DNA of 64,000 bases from an uncultured Spirochaetota bacterium (lineage in GTDB: Bacteria; Spirochaetota; Spirochaetia; SZUA-6; Fen-1364), in contig CAWJSK010000012.1 in the NCBI GenBank assembly GCA_963845535.1, forward strand, positions 704,001 to 768,000, in the 5' to 3' direction. Position 1 is the stretch's first letter, and every line of letters starts with the position of its first letter. Positions 40,494-50,433 of this stretch are shown one piece after another. The notes under the pieces were generated by a model. It was not told where the DNA came from and did not search any database. It saw only the letters and a list, made by a program, of their open reading frames with translations. The translations under genes and the position numbers were made by a program.

Positions 40494-42218
40494 TCAGCGC
40501 GCGGCTTCCGCGAACAGGTAGCGCTTTACCTTGCGCGTGGAGGTCTTGGGCAGCTCCACCGCGGATAGCTCGAAGCTCTGCGGGATCTTGTAGCGGGCCG
40601 CGCCCGCGGTGCATTTCTGAATCTCCGCGCGCACGATCCCGCGCAGCTCCTCATCACTCAGGCTCTTCCCGGGCCGCAGGGACGCCAGCACTTCGGGGTC
40701 GGGGTAGATGATGGCATGGGGATACTCGCCGCCCTCGGCGTCCAGCTTCCCAACCACCACGACCTCGGAGAGCAGCGGGCTTGCCTGGAGAAGGTTCTCG
40801 ATCTCCTCGGGGTAGATGTTCTTCCCGCCCTTGGTGACGATGATGTTCTTCAATCGTCCCGTGATGTACAGGTAGCCGTCCTCATCGAGCTTGCCGATGT
40901 CGCCGGTGTGAAGCCAGCCCTCCGCGTCTATGACCTCAGCCGTCTTCTCGGGCATTCCGTAGTATCCGAGCATCACGTTGGAGCCGCGCGCAAGGATCTC
41001 TCCGTTGCCGTTGTGGTCCGGACCGTCGATGCGCACCTCGACGTTGGACAGGGGCAGCCCCACGGATCCGGGCTTGTTGTGCGCAGGGCAGGTGTTGGAG
41101 ATCACCGGCGAGGTCTCGGTGAGGCCGTACCCCTGGAACGTCACGAGGCCCAGGGCATCCATCCCGTCGATAACGTCCTTGGCAATCGGCCCGCCGCCGG
41201 AGACGAAGAAGCGCAGCTTCGAGACTCCCAGCTCACGGGCCACCGATGCGAAGAGCAGCTTCCCCAGCCTGACATGCAGCACCTTGAAGAAGAACGAGCT
41301 CACGGCGAACAGGAGGCGGAACAGGACCCGTACGAGCGCCCCCTTTGCTTTCACGTTTGCCAGGATCCCTTTGTAGATCTTTTCCACCAGGAGGGGCATG
41401 GCAGGCACGCAGGTGGCACCGGTGTCCTTCATGATCCCGATGAGCACGTTCGTCTTCATGGAGGGGACGCTGGTGATCCTTCCGTAACTGAGAAGAGGAG
41501 TAAACACACCAAGGCTCGTGGGATAGGTGTGGTGGAAGGGCAGGACGATGATCCAGTTGTCTCCCGGTCCCAGCGGCGTGGTCATCTGCACGCCGTCTCC
41601 GTTCTCCACGAGGTTCCTGTGGGAAAGCATCACGCCCTTGGGGGTGCCCGTGGTGCCGGACGTGAAGATGAGGGCGGCAAGATCATCCGGAGCCACCTCG
41701 GCGCGGGCGTACGCGCTGTCTCCGGCTGACATCAGTCTCCTGCCGTTCTGCGCCAGGGATGCAAACGTCTCGGGTGCGCCGGGCACGTCATCGAAGAAGA
41801 CGAGGCGCTTCACTGCGTCCCCCGCGGCGTTCCGCACCTTCTCCTGGTATTCGGCCGACGTGAAGATGATCCGTGCTTCACTTGCCCGGATGATGGAAGC
41901 CAGCTCCTCGGTCTTCAACAATATGTCATAGGGAACGATCACCGCGCCGACGGCGGTCACGGCAAGGTACGTGATGACCCATTCGCTTCTGTTCTCCGAG
42001 ATGAGGCCCACCTTGTCGGCCTTACTGACCCCTGATGCAAGCAGCGCGGTTGCCAGGGCGCGGATGTGCTCCTGCAGCTCCCCATAGGTAATGGTCCAGT
42101 ATCCGGTCTCCCGCTTCATTGTCAGCGCGGGGACGCCCAGCATGGATTCACTGAAGCGCTCGATCATCTCCCGGATCGAGTGGACGTTGCGGGATTCCGC
42201 CACCTTGTTGACCTGCAT
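40494..42218 (-). CDS. Long-chain fatty acid-CoA ligase
   Basis: FTSGTTGTPKG, QGYGLTE, GWLHTGDIG. Confidence 0.92.
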   Translation of the reverse strand: MQVNKVAESRNVHSIREMIERFSESMLGVPALTMKRETGYWTITYGELQEHIRALATALLASGVSKADKVGLISENRSEWVITYLAVTAVGAVIVPYDILLKTEELASIIRASEARIIFTSAEYQEKVRNAAGDAVKRLVFFDDVPGAPETFASLAQNGRRLMSAGDSAYARAEVAPDDLAALIFTSGTTGTPKGVMLSHRNLVENGDGVQMTTPLGPGDNWIIVLPFHHTYPTSLGVFTPLLSYGRITSVPSMKTNVLIGIMKDTGATCVPAMPLLVEKIYKGILANVKAKGALVRVLFRLLFAVSSFFFKVLHVRLGKLLFASVARELGVSKLRFFVSGGGPIAKDVIDGMDALGLVTFQGYGLTETSPVISNTCPAHNKPGSVGLPLSNVEVRIDGPDHNGNGEILARGSNVMLGYYGMPEKTAEVIDAEGWLHTGDIGKLDEDGYLYITGRLKNIIVTKGGKNIYPEEIENLLQASPLLSEVVVVGKLDAEGGEYPHAIIYPDPEVLASLRPGKSLSDEELRGIVRAEIQKCTAGAARYKIPQSFELSAVELPKTSTRKVKRYLFAEAAR

Positions 42219-42227
42219 GGCCGACTC

Positions 42228-42740
42228 CTACCTCACCACGAGCTTTCCGAAGACCGCCGCCGCCTGCACAACGAGCGCCGGGGCGCCGTCCTTGTACGAG
42301 GGGGAGGTATACACGGTGTCCCCGAAGGAGACCGAGCGGCCGTCAGGCCCCTCCACCGTGCCGAACGCAGCGGACATGTCGATGCGCACCGGCAGCGCCG
42401 GGTCGATCTTCAGGACTCCGCTCCCGAAGACGACATTCACGTGGGTGCGCAGGTCCCCCGCGCCCAGCCTCACGTCGGTAAGGTCCACGTCCCCGCTTCC
42501 GAAGATGATGTTGTAGTCCCTGTCCCACCCTGCCGTGTATCTCTGGTGGGATTCGAGAAAGGGCTGGGGACGGTTCATGAACGGCCCGCCCACCAGGACA
42601 CGGATCCCCACGTACACGAACAGGACGGCAACGATGAGCCGAACTACCGGGACATGGAAAGGGACGAAACGCCGCAGGATGAACCACACCCCGACGGCAA
42701 TGAGGAGGACCCCCCAGAAGATCCCATCGATCAGAGGCAT
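42228..42740 (-). CDS. LiaF-like membrane protein
   Basis: IFWGVLLI TM pair followed by repeated xxFGS beta motifs. Confidence 0.65.
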   Translation of the reverse strand: MPLIDGIFWGVLLIAVGVWFILRRFVPFHVPVVRLIVAVLFVYVGIRVLVGGPFMNRPQPFLESHQRYTAGWDRDYNIIFGSGDVDLTDVRLGAGDLRTHVNVVFGSGVLKIDPALPVRIDMSAAFGTVEGPDGRSVSFGDTVYTSPSYKDGAPALVVQAAAVFGKLVVR

Positions 42741-42838
42741 AGGCGTTTCTCCTTGGACTCACCCATTTAAAAACGGCCTGATGGTGGTGTCAAGCATTGG
42801 GGCGCAGGGAACGGGTACCGGGGCTGCGTAGCGAAGCG

Positions 42839-44203
42839 CTACTCCTTCAGTCGGCGGATTTCCGCATTGATCCTGTCCCGCATCCATTCCTGCTCCCGCC
42901 CGGACAAGGATTCTCCGAACCTCACCGTACGCGCTCCGAGGTCCATGAGGAGGTACGAGCGGGATCTGTACTCCCGTTCATACCCGGAGCGTCGGTAGTA
43001 TGATCGGCCCTCCTGTACAGTGCACTGTCCAACGTCGTCAAGCCGGAGTTTCGTCTCACGGCGAAAGAAGAGGAACTTCCGCGCGTAGGTGAGCCCGTCC
43101 GCCTCGATGGTGATACCCACCTTGCCGAAGAAGGTGAAAAGGGACCGGGAAACGATGAGGGCTCCCACGATCCAGAAGGGCAGCGAGAAAAGTCGAAAGC
43201 CCAGAGGCGCCCCGGCGCTCGTCGCGGTATACGTCCAGAACGCCACCATACCAAGCCAGAATATCCCAAACCCTCCGAAGGCTGACCGCCTGCTCCCGCG
43301 TTCGGGGATCTCGAGGTGCAACCGCTCATCCCGCTCATCCAGGCTGATCCGGGAACCGTGCGGCAAAGGCTGCGGCAGCTTCTGGGCGTCAGCCGCGGCA
43401 ACCTTTTCGCCTCGAAGGAGCGCCGCGGCGGCAGGGACGGGAAGCGTGCGACGCGCCTCATCAGGTTCGAGCCAGTTCCCGAGCACGCGCGCAAGACCAG
43501 GAGAAGAGATCTCCGCCACGGAGCGGACGTCAATCTTCATGTCGCGCGTGGGAAGGTCCGCGGGGTTCCTGTGCGTAAGAAGGAAGAGGAGCGTGGCCGC
43601 CGCCGCGTAGAGGTCGGAGCGTACGGTTGCGCGGCCAGTGAACTGTTCCAGCGGAGTGTAGCCCGGAGTGCCGATGATCGTTGAGCTTGCCACCCCGGAA
43701 ACGCGGATGGCATCCTGGACGCCGCCGAAGTCCAGCAGGAAGACTTCCCCGTCATCGCGCTGAATGATGTTTCGCGGATTGATGTCCCGGTGGATCACCG
43801 GGGGACGCACGGAATGGATGTAATCCACGACGGAAAGCAGTCGGACGCCAAGGTCGCAAATCTCTTTTTCCGTTGCGCGCCAGCCCGCCTCCACTTTTTC
43901 CTGGAGGCATTTCCCCTCCACGAACTCCCGCACAAGGACAAACCGCGCCGTGCCCTCCAGCTCCGCGCGGAAGAAGTCCTTGTAGGCGGGGATGCGCTCG
44001 TGATGGAGCGCCTTGAGCACCGCCGCCTCCCTCTCGAAAAGCTCGACGGCTTTCCAGTCCGAAAGCAGGTCGAGATGGAGGAGCTTGGCCACGGCCGAGG
44101 AGCCGTCCTTTGTGTCCCTGACAAGGTAGGTGATGCCCGCGCCGCCTCTGCCCAGCTCGCGCTCGATCCTGTACCTGTCCGCCAGCAAGTCCCCGACCCT
44201 CAT
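42839..44203 (-). CDS. Ser/Thr protein kinase with C-terminal TMs
   Basis: LGRGGAG, VAK, HRDINPRN, DFG, GTPGY. Confidence 0.92.
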   Translation of the reverse strand: MRVGDLLADRYRIERELGRGGAGITYLVRDTKDGSSAVAKLLHLDLLSDWKAVELFEREAAVLKALHHERIPAYKDFFRAELEGTARFVLVREFVEGKCLQEKVEAGWRATEKEICDLGVRLLSVVDYIHSVRPPVIHRDINPRNIIQRDDGEVFLLDFGGVQDAIRVSGVASSTIIGTPGYTPLEQFTGRATVRSDLYAAAATLLFLLTHRNPADLPTRDMKIDVRSVAEISSPGLARVLGNWLEPDEARRTLPVPAAAALLRGEKVAAADAQKLPQPLPHGSRISLDERDERLHLEIPERGSRRSAFGGFGIFWLGMVAFWTYTATSAGAPLGFRLFSLPFWIVGALIVSRSLFTFFGKVGITIEADGLTYARKFLFFRRETKLRLDDVGQCTVQEGRSYYRRSGYEREYRSRSYLLMDLGARTVRFGESLSGREQEWMRDRINAEIRRLKE

Positions 44204-44291
44204 GGCTTGCCATGGTAGCAAAGAAGTTCTTTCGGGTCAAAGAAACGTCGACGGGATATGCCGAGTATATAAGAGGGGGGAAGGAGACGAA

Positions 44292-44519
44292 ATGGCTCGA
44301 CACAAGAGGATGAGACTGGCAACGTGGCTCGTATCCCACAACCTCATGACGCTTGACCAGGCGCACGAGGTCATGCGGGAGCAGAAAGAGCAGACCGGCC
44401 ACATCCGCGAACGCTTTGGCAGAATTGCAGTCAAAAAGGGCTTTATCTCGGAGGAAGCCCTTACGCGCGCATATCTCGAAAAAGAAAGAGAAGAAGCCCT
44501 GCTCAGACCCGTCATGTAG
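44292..44519 (+). CDS. Small stand-alone MshEN-like protein
   Basis: RLATWLVSHNLMTLDQ...Q and RFGRIAVKKGFISEEAL resemble the tandem RLGxxLxxxGxxxxxxLxxxLxxQ motif; AAGGAG RBS. Confidence 0.65.
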   Translation: MARHKRMRLATWLVSHNLMTLDQAHEVMREQKEQTGHIRERFGRIAVKKGFISEEALTRAYLEKEREEALLRPVM

Positions 44520-44526
44520 GCTGGTC

Positions 44527-45180
44527 TCAGATCCTCGATTTTACCCAGGGATAGGCTTCTTCGAAGCTGGAGAACCGCAGATCCGCGAGCCGAGCGTTGT
44601 CCCGGGAGGCGAGCTCTGACACGAAAGCAACCGCCACGCCCGCCCGGCGGGCCGCCTCTATTCCGGCAGGAGAGTCTTCAAACACAAGCGCCTCAGGCGC
44701 CTGCGCTTTCAGCTCGTGGAGCGCCTTGAGGAAGCCCTCGGGGTCCGGCTTGCCGCGGGAACAGTCCTCATCCGTCAGGATAAGGTCCACGTTGTCGGCG
44801 CGCAGGCCGGCATTGTCCATCATCACCTCGATCTCGGCCTTCGTTGATCCGCTGACAATGGCCTGGGGCACCGGGAGGGAGAGCATCCTGTCGAAGCCCC
44901 GCGCCACGCGCAGTTTCCTCCCCTTGAGAAACTCGATTTTCTTTTGCACGAACGTCCGCCAGACTTCCGAAAGCGGCGTGTGGAAGCCGCGGTTCACGGA
45001 GAGCCATTCGAACACGCCGCTCCAGGAGAAGCCGTAGAGCAAGTCCAGCTCGGCCTGACTGAGCTCGATGGAGTAGTCCCGGCGGAGAAGGTCGGAGAAC
45101 AGCGCGTCGTTGATGCGCTCGCTTTCGACGATGGTGTCGTCGAAGTCGTAGATGATGGCGCGGATCCTGTCGGGCTCCAT
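44527..45180 (-). CDS. HAD family phosphatase
   Basis: DFDDT, GKPDPE, FEDS. Confidence 0.9.
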   Translation of the reverse strand: MEPDRIRAIIYDFDDTIVESERINDALFSDLLRRDYSIELSQAELDLLYGFSWSGVFEWLSVNRGFHTPLSEVWRTFVQKKIEFLKGRKLRVARGFDRMLSLPVPQAIVSGSTKAEIEVMMDNAGLRADNVDLILTDEDCSRGKPDPEGFLKALHELKAQAPEALVFEDSPAGIEAARRAGVAVAFVSELASRDNARLADLRFSSFEEAYPWVKSRI

Positions 45181-45261
45181 GGCGCGGCAGTATAAATCGC
45201 CTCGAAATACTGGGAAAGCCCCCACGGGAGTGGTACATTTCAGGCAAAAGGATCAATCGCC

Positions 45262-45981
45262 ATGCGCCTGAAGAATTATAATGAGGATCTCGTCCTCGAA
45301 ACGGTGAAGGTGGTGCTGAAGGACAGGGCGGACGTGCGTCCCAGCCGCTCCTTCATTTTGGACGTGGCTGCGTACGTGCTCAACAGGACGCCCCCCAAGT
45401 ACATCACGAGCGAGCGAGGTTTCACCCACGAGGTCCTGCAGGCCGCGGGCGGGGATGGGACGGAGGAGCAGCGCCTCGTGAACGTGATCGAGCTGATCAC
45501 GCATATCAATCAGGCCATCGAGGTGGTTGCGCGGCGGCGGCGCAACGGGGCCTCGGTGGGCCAGAAGAGACCTCCCCGCTCGTCAGCCTCGGAGGACGGC
45601 GCCCGGCAGCTTCTCTACTACTACAACATGCCCCACATCTTCGGACGGATCGTGGATGCACAGGATGGAAAGCCCGTGATCTCGGCGCAAGCCACCCTCT
45701 GGATCAATGACCAGGTGTCGCCGCCCGCTGAAAGCGGCTGGCGCAATCCCTATCTGACCAACGAACAGACGAGCGGCTACTTCAGCTTCTGGCCGCGCGT
45801 GGAGACCGGTGACTCCGACAGCGTGCGGATGCAGGTGACAATCGGCTTCGAGCACGAAAGGTATGAGCCCTTGACGTTCCGGAAAAGCTTGAAAGTGCCG
45901 GGGGAGTTCTTCCTGTACGACTACATCCGCGGCGACAAACTCCTCGACGTCGGGACCCTCGCCATGCAGCCGGCCGGATAG
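45262..45981 (+). CDS. ComFB family protein with C-terminal beta-sandwich
   Basis: KNYNEDLV...LDVAAYVLNRTPPKY. Confidence 0.85.
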   Translation: MRLKNYNEDLVLETVKVVLKDRADVRPSRSFILDVAAYVLNRTPPKYITSERGFTHEVLQAAGGDGTEEQRLVNVIELITHINQAIEVVARRRRNGASVGQKRPPRSSASEDGARQLLYYYNMPHIFGRIVDAQDGKPVISAQATLWINDQVSPPAESGWRNPYLTNEQTSGYFSFWPRVETGDSDSVRMQVTIGFEHERYEPLTFRKSLKVPGEFFLYDYIRGDKLLDVGTLAMQPAG

Positions 45982-46118
45982 GGCGGTGCGTTGCGCGGCC
46001 GCACGACAACCCGCCATACGTCAGCGCGAAGTTCTACGGACGTGACTCTCGAATTTGCCTTCCCCGGGAGGTGATGCTATTATGAACCCATGGGTGAAAG
46101 TCAGATGGAGGGCACACT

Positions 46119-46400
46119 ATGGGACCAAGGAAGATCACCTCTGATGCTCTGAAGCGTGTGTTCACCGATCTGCGCACCGGCGACGAGAAGGCAATCGGCA
46201 CCTGGTTGTTCAAGGGATACAGGCTCCAGGTGAGCCGCTACCAGTCCTCGGGAACGGAGCGCTCTGCTCTCCTTTACCGCAAGAGAAGGGACCAGGGCCT
46301 GTGCGTGAGATGCGGCGCACGAGTCACGCGGAAGAACCCCCTGACGGGAATGTTGTACAGGTTGTGCGACGCCCACAGGAAAGAGATAGATAGAAAGTAA
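46119..46400 (+). CDS. Small basic protein with CxxC...CxxH putative zinc site
   Basis: GGAGG RBS; LCVRCG...LCDAH. Confidence 0.7.
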   Translation: MGPRKITSDALKRVFTDLRTGDEKAIGTWLFKGYRLQVSRYQSSGTERSALLYRKRRDQGLCVRCGARVTRKNPLTGMLYRLCDAHRKEIDRK

Positions 46401-46406
46401 GGCGGC

Positions 46407-47360
46407 TTACAGCCCGGGTTCCGTGGGGACCGGCATCTGAATGGCCGCCGTGGGCTGACGGGGCGCGGAAGGCTGGGTGGCCGCACCGGACGCCGAAGGC
46501 TGGCTGGGCGCCGCGGCGGAGGGAGGCGGCGGAACGGGCATCTGCTGGAACTGCTGCGGAGAGCCGCCCTGGTCCGGCAGTTCAAGAGGCGGCCCAGGCT
46601 CCGTGGGCTCGGCCTGCGGATCAGGGAACCGGTTGAGAAGATAATCGTAGCGTTCCCGCATCTGCCTGCTTTTCTCGAATGTGTTTACGTTGTACCTCAC
46701 CGGATTCGTGATGATCGTTACAAGACGGCGCAGCTCGTCCAGGGAAAGGCTCGCCACGCTTGTGCCATAGTAATGGTAGGAAGCGGCGCCAATCCCATAG
46801 ATCCCTTTCCCCCACTCGATGCAGTTCAGGTACAGCTCGAGGATCCGGTTTTTCGGCATGAAAAGATCCATCTCGATTGCAATGAGCGCCTCGCTGTACT
46901 TGCGCAGGTATGTCTTGCGGGGGGTGAGGAAAAGGTTCCGAGCGAGCTGCTGGGGAATGGTGCTCCCGCCGTACAGCGGGTAGCCGATCGACTTGTCGAT
47001 GAGGTAGGCGTCCCTGATGGCTCCCAGGTCGATCCCAATGTGGTTGTAGAAGTGGTAGTCCTCCAGCCTGATCACCATTCTCCTGGCCACGAGCGGGATG
47101 TGATACAACGGAACGAAGTGGACTTGCTGGGCTTTCTGGTGGGCGGTCACCCCCCTCCAGACCATGAGAGCGGTGACCTGGGGGTTGAGGCGGAGAAGCG
47201 CCATGCTTGCCAGGAGAACGAGGAAAAAAAGAACGACATGCGCAATGACAAAGCCGGCGACGAGGAACCGGGCAAGCTTTCCCGCTATCCGGGAAGGCTT
47301 CACGACGTCCCTCAGCAAGGCCATCCGAAGCGCAAAGGTCTCGGTAATGCGGGCGTTCAT
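46407..47360 (-). CDS. mtgA: Monofunctional peptidoglycan transglycosylase
   Basis: EDYHFYNHIGID, GGSTIPQQLARNLFL, RK, RILELYLN; Pro/Gln-rich tail. Confidence 0.88.
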   Translation of the reverse strand: MNARITETFALRMALLRDVVKPSRIAGKLARFLVAGFVIAHVVLFFLVLLASMALLRLNPQVTALMVWRGVTAHQKAQQVHFVPLYHIPLVARRMVIRLEDYHFYNHIGIDLGAIRDAYLIDKSIGYPLYGGSTIPQQLARNLFLTPRKTYLRKYSEALIAIEMDLFMPKNRILELYLNCIEWGKGIYGIGAASYHYYGTSVASLSLDELRRLVTIITNPVRYNVNTFEKSRQMRERYDYLLNRFPDPQAEPTEPGPPLELPDQGGSPQQFQQMPVPPPPSAAAPSQPSASGAATQPSAPRQPTAAIQMPVPTEPGL

Positions 47361-47436
47361 ATGAAATGCTCGATCAAAACGTTACGGGAGCACGGCGTGA
47401 AAGTCAAGACTCGCGCACATGTGATAGTCTGGCGGC

Positions 47437-48395
47437 GTGGGATTGGCTAAAACGGCATCGATTGGCGAGGCGCGCCAGCGCCTTCCGCGCGAGTTCCTCG
47501 AAAACCTCCAGCAGACGTTCCCTCAGGCCGTGTCACAAGCGATCATCCGTGGGATGTGCGCCCGGCGCCCCACGACATTCCGCGTGAACACGCTCCAGGC
47601 GGACCCGCGTGAGATCGTCGGGTTCCTGCGGGAAACCGGGGTGAAGTTCCGCGCGGTGCCCTGGAGCCGCCACGCGTTCATCCTCTCCGAGCTGCGGGAG
47701 CGGGACGTCGAACAATGGGACTGGTATCGCGAGGGGCGCCTGTATCTTCAGAGCCTCTCGAGCATGGTCCCCGCCATCGCCCTGGCGCCGCGCCCGGGAG
47801 AGCGCGTGCTGGACCTTGCCGCCGCCCCGGGCGGCAAGACAACACAGATGGCCGCGCTGATGGAAAACAGCGGCTCCATCCTGGCGGTCGAGCCCGACGA
47901 AGTACGACTGAGCCGACTTTCCTACAACGTGGCGCTCCAGGGATGCCGCAACGTGGAGGTGAGGAAAGCCCGGGGGAAAGAATCGGAGGCGAGATGCCGG
48001 GCGCATTCGACCGGGTCCTTCTCGACGTCCCCTGCTCTGGAGAGGGCAGGTTCATTGTCGGCGCTCCCGGCACCTCACGGGCTTGGTCGCGGAAGCTGAT
48101 TGCTGATCGCGCCCGGCTTCAGCGCAAGCTCTTCGAAAGCGGGTTTCACGCGGTCCGGCCGGGAGGGGTCCTCGTATACTCTACGTGCACTCTCAATCTC
48201 GAAGAGAACGAAAAGGTCATCCATTGGGCGCTGGAAAGCTTTGCGCTGGAGACCGAAAAGCTTCCGCTCTCCATCCCCGGATCATGGTCGGGCATCTCCC
48301 GGGGGTTGCATCCGGGAGTCTCGAACGCGCTTCGGCTTTTTCCCGACGCAGAGAAGGAGGGCTTCTTCATCTGTCGGCTGCGTCGGGTCGAGTAA
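47437..48395 (+). CDS. RsmB/RsmF (NOL1/NOP2) m5C RNA methyltransferase (indel ~47975)
   Basis: VLDLAAAPGGKT; next frame DVPCSGEG and YSTCT. Confidence 0.88.
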
Positions 48396-48435
48396 TCCGC
48401 GTTAGCGCGGTAGTCCGTTAGCCCGGTAATCCGTG

Positions 48436-49599
48436 CTAACACGGTAATCCGCGCGGCAGCGGGCCGAACCACTGGTAGAGGTAGCACTGCATGTTGCCGT
48501 TGTACAGCTTGCGGTTCTTGGAGAATGGCGTGCCGAAAAGCCTCGGGAAATCCGTGCTCGCGGTGAGGATAAAGAAGGACCACGTCTCAAGCTTCCGGTA
48601 CAGGTCACCCATTTCCCGCGAAAGCGCGTCCACGTCCCGCCGCTCACCCAGGCGTTCACCGTATGGCGGGTTGGAGACGATGCAGCCGTAGCCTTGCTCC
48701 GCCTGGAACGCGCCAAGCGGCGCGCACCGAAAGCGCACGCTGTCTGAGACTCCCGCCTTCGCGGCATTCCTGGTGGCGGCCTCCACCATTGCGGGGTCCT
48801 TGTCCGAGGCCGCGACGGTGACCCCCGCCTCACGGCGCTCTGAGTCGCGCGACTCCTGACGGGCATCCTGCCAGATGCGGGCGGGCAGCGCGGGCCATTC
48901 CTCCGCGGCAAAGCGGCGCCTGATTCCCGGCGCCGCGCCGCGGGCAATCAGCGCGGCCTCTATGGCGATGGTGCCTGAGCCGCACAGCGGATCGGCAAAC
49001 GGCCGCGAGGCGTCCCAGCGGGATAGCAGCACCAGGGCGGCCGCCAGGTTCTCCCGCAGCGGCGCGGCGCCGGTCTCCGTCCTGTAGCCGCGCTTGTGCA
49101 GCCCCGGGCCGCTCGTGTCCAGGCAGACCGTGGCGCGGTCCCGCAGCAGGGAGACCTCGACGGTGTACAGCGGCCCGCTCTCCTCCGCGCGCTGACCGCC
49201 CTGATGTCCCCGCGCGCCCAGGAGCGCGTCCACGATGGCTTTCTTGGAGACGGATTGGAGGGTGGGCACGGAGGCAAGCCGCGAACGGGTGGACCGCGCC
49301 TTGACCACGACGGCGGCCGTGCGCGGGACCAGCTCGCTCCAGGGGGCCTGGCGGACCCCTTCGTAGAGGTCATCGAAATCCGTGGCGGGGAAGTCCGCCA
49401 TCCGCAGCCACACCCGGTCCGCGGTCCGCAGCCTGATGTTGCACCGCGCCATGTCCGCCGGCGTCCCCTCGAAGAGCACGCGCCTGTCCATCGTGCTCGT
49501 GACGGATATTCCCAGCGCGAGCAGCTCGTCCCGGACCACGGCCTCCAGCCCGAACGTCGCCGCGGCCTCCAGGAGGAGGCTCCCGCCGCTTGTTTTCAT
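48436..49599 (-). CDS. THUMP-domain rRNA m2G methyltransferase (RlmL/YpsC-like)
   Basis: LHKRGYR, APLRENLAA, DPLCGSGT, NPPYGERL. Confidence 0.93.
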   Translation of the reverse strand: MKTSGGSLLLEAAATFGLEAVVRDELLALGISVTSTMDRRVLFEGTPADMARCNIRLRTADRVWLRMADFPATDFDDLYEGVRQAPWSELVPRTAAVVVKARSTRSRLASVPTLQSVSKKAIVDALLGARGHQGGQRAEESGPLYTVEVSLLRDRATVCLDTSGPGLHKRGYRTETGAAPLRENLAAALVLLSRWDASRPFADPLCGSGTIAIEAALIARGAAPGIRRRFAAEEWPALPARIWQDARQESRDSERREAGVTVAASDKDPAMVEAATRNAAKAGVSDSVRFRCAPLGAFQAEQGYGCIVSNPPYGERLGERRDVDALSREMGDLYRKLETWSFFILTASTDFPRLFGTPFSKNRKLYNGNMQCYLYQWFGPLPRGLPC

Positions 49600-49638
49600 G
49601 ATCTCCCCTTCCTGCTAATAATACATAGGAGGCTGGGT

Positions 49639-50433
49639 ATGAAAAGTCTTTCATCACTGGTCGTCATCTCTCTCGCGCTGGCGTTGGCCGTGGCGCCGGT
49701 GGCCTCCGCGGAACAGCCGGAGATTGTCGTTTCGGCGGCAGCCAGCCTCACGGACGTCCTCACAAGTCTCTCGTCCCCGGCGGAGCAATTCATCGGGGCG
49801 AAGCTCCTTTTCAATTTCGGGGCCTCCGGAGCGCTTCGACGCCAGATCGAGGAGGGAGCGCCCGTGGATGTGTTCTTTTCCGCCTCCTCGGAGGACGTCG
49901 ACAAGCTCCTTGCCAAAAGCCTCCTGGTTGCCGGCACGCGCAAAGACCTCCTCTCCAACAGGGTCGTCCTGATCGGGGGCCCGCACGCCTCGCCCCTGCG
50001 CGCGGCGGAAACGGAGACGGCCGTGAGCGCCCTGAAAGCGCTCCTTTCCGGCGCAAGCCTCGTGGCCGTGGGCAATCCGGACACCGTGCCGGCCGGCCGT
50101 TACGCGGTGCGCGCCTTGACGACGTACGGCCTCTACCCGATCGTGAAGTCGAAGCTGGTCCTCGGCGGGAACGTCCGTGAAGTGCTCCAGTACGTGCAGA
50201 ATGGATCAGCGCCCCTGGGGATCGTTTTCCTGACGGATGCTCTCACCGTATCACCGGGCAGCATACAACGGCTGTTCGAGTTCCCTGATGACGCCGTCGG
50301 GATTCCCATCCTCTATCCGGTGGCGGTGGTGAGCGCCTCGAAGCACAAGGATAAGGCCGAAAAACTGATCGAGTTCTTCCAGGGGGACGCGGCGCGGAAC
50401 GTATTTCGAAGCGCGGGGTTCATCCTGAGATGA
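49639..50433 (+). CDS. modA: Molybdate ABC transporter substrate-binding protein
   Basis: SAAASL, FGASG, DVFFSA, VPAGRYA. Confidence 0.94.
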   Translation: MKSLSSLVVISLALALAVAPVASAEQPEIVVSAAASLTDVLTSLSSPAEQFIGAKLLFNFGASGALRRQIEEGAPVDVFFSASSEDVDKLLAKSLLVAGTRKDLLSNRVVLIGGPHASPLRAAETETAVSALKALLSGASLVAVGNPDTVPAGRYAVRALTTYGLYPIVKSKLVLGGNVREVLQYVQNGSAPLGIVFLTDALTVSPGSIQRLFEFPDDAVGIPILYPVAVVSASKHKDKAEKLIEFFQGDAARNVFRSAGFILR

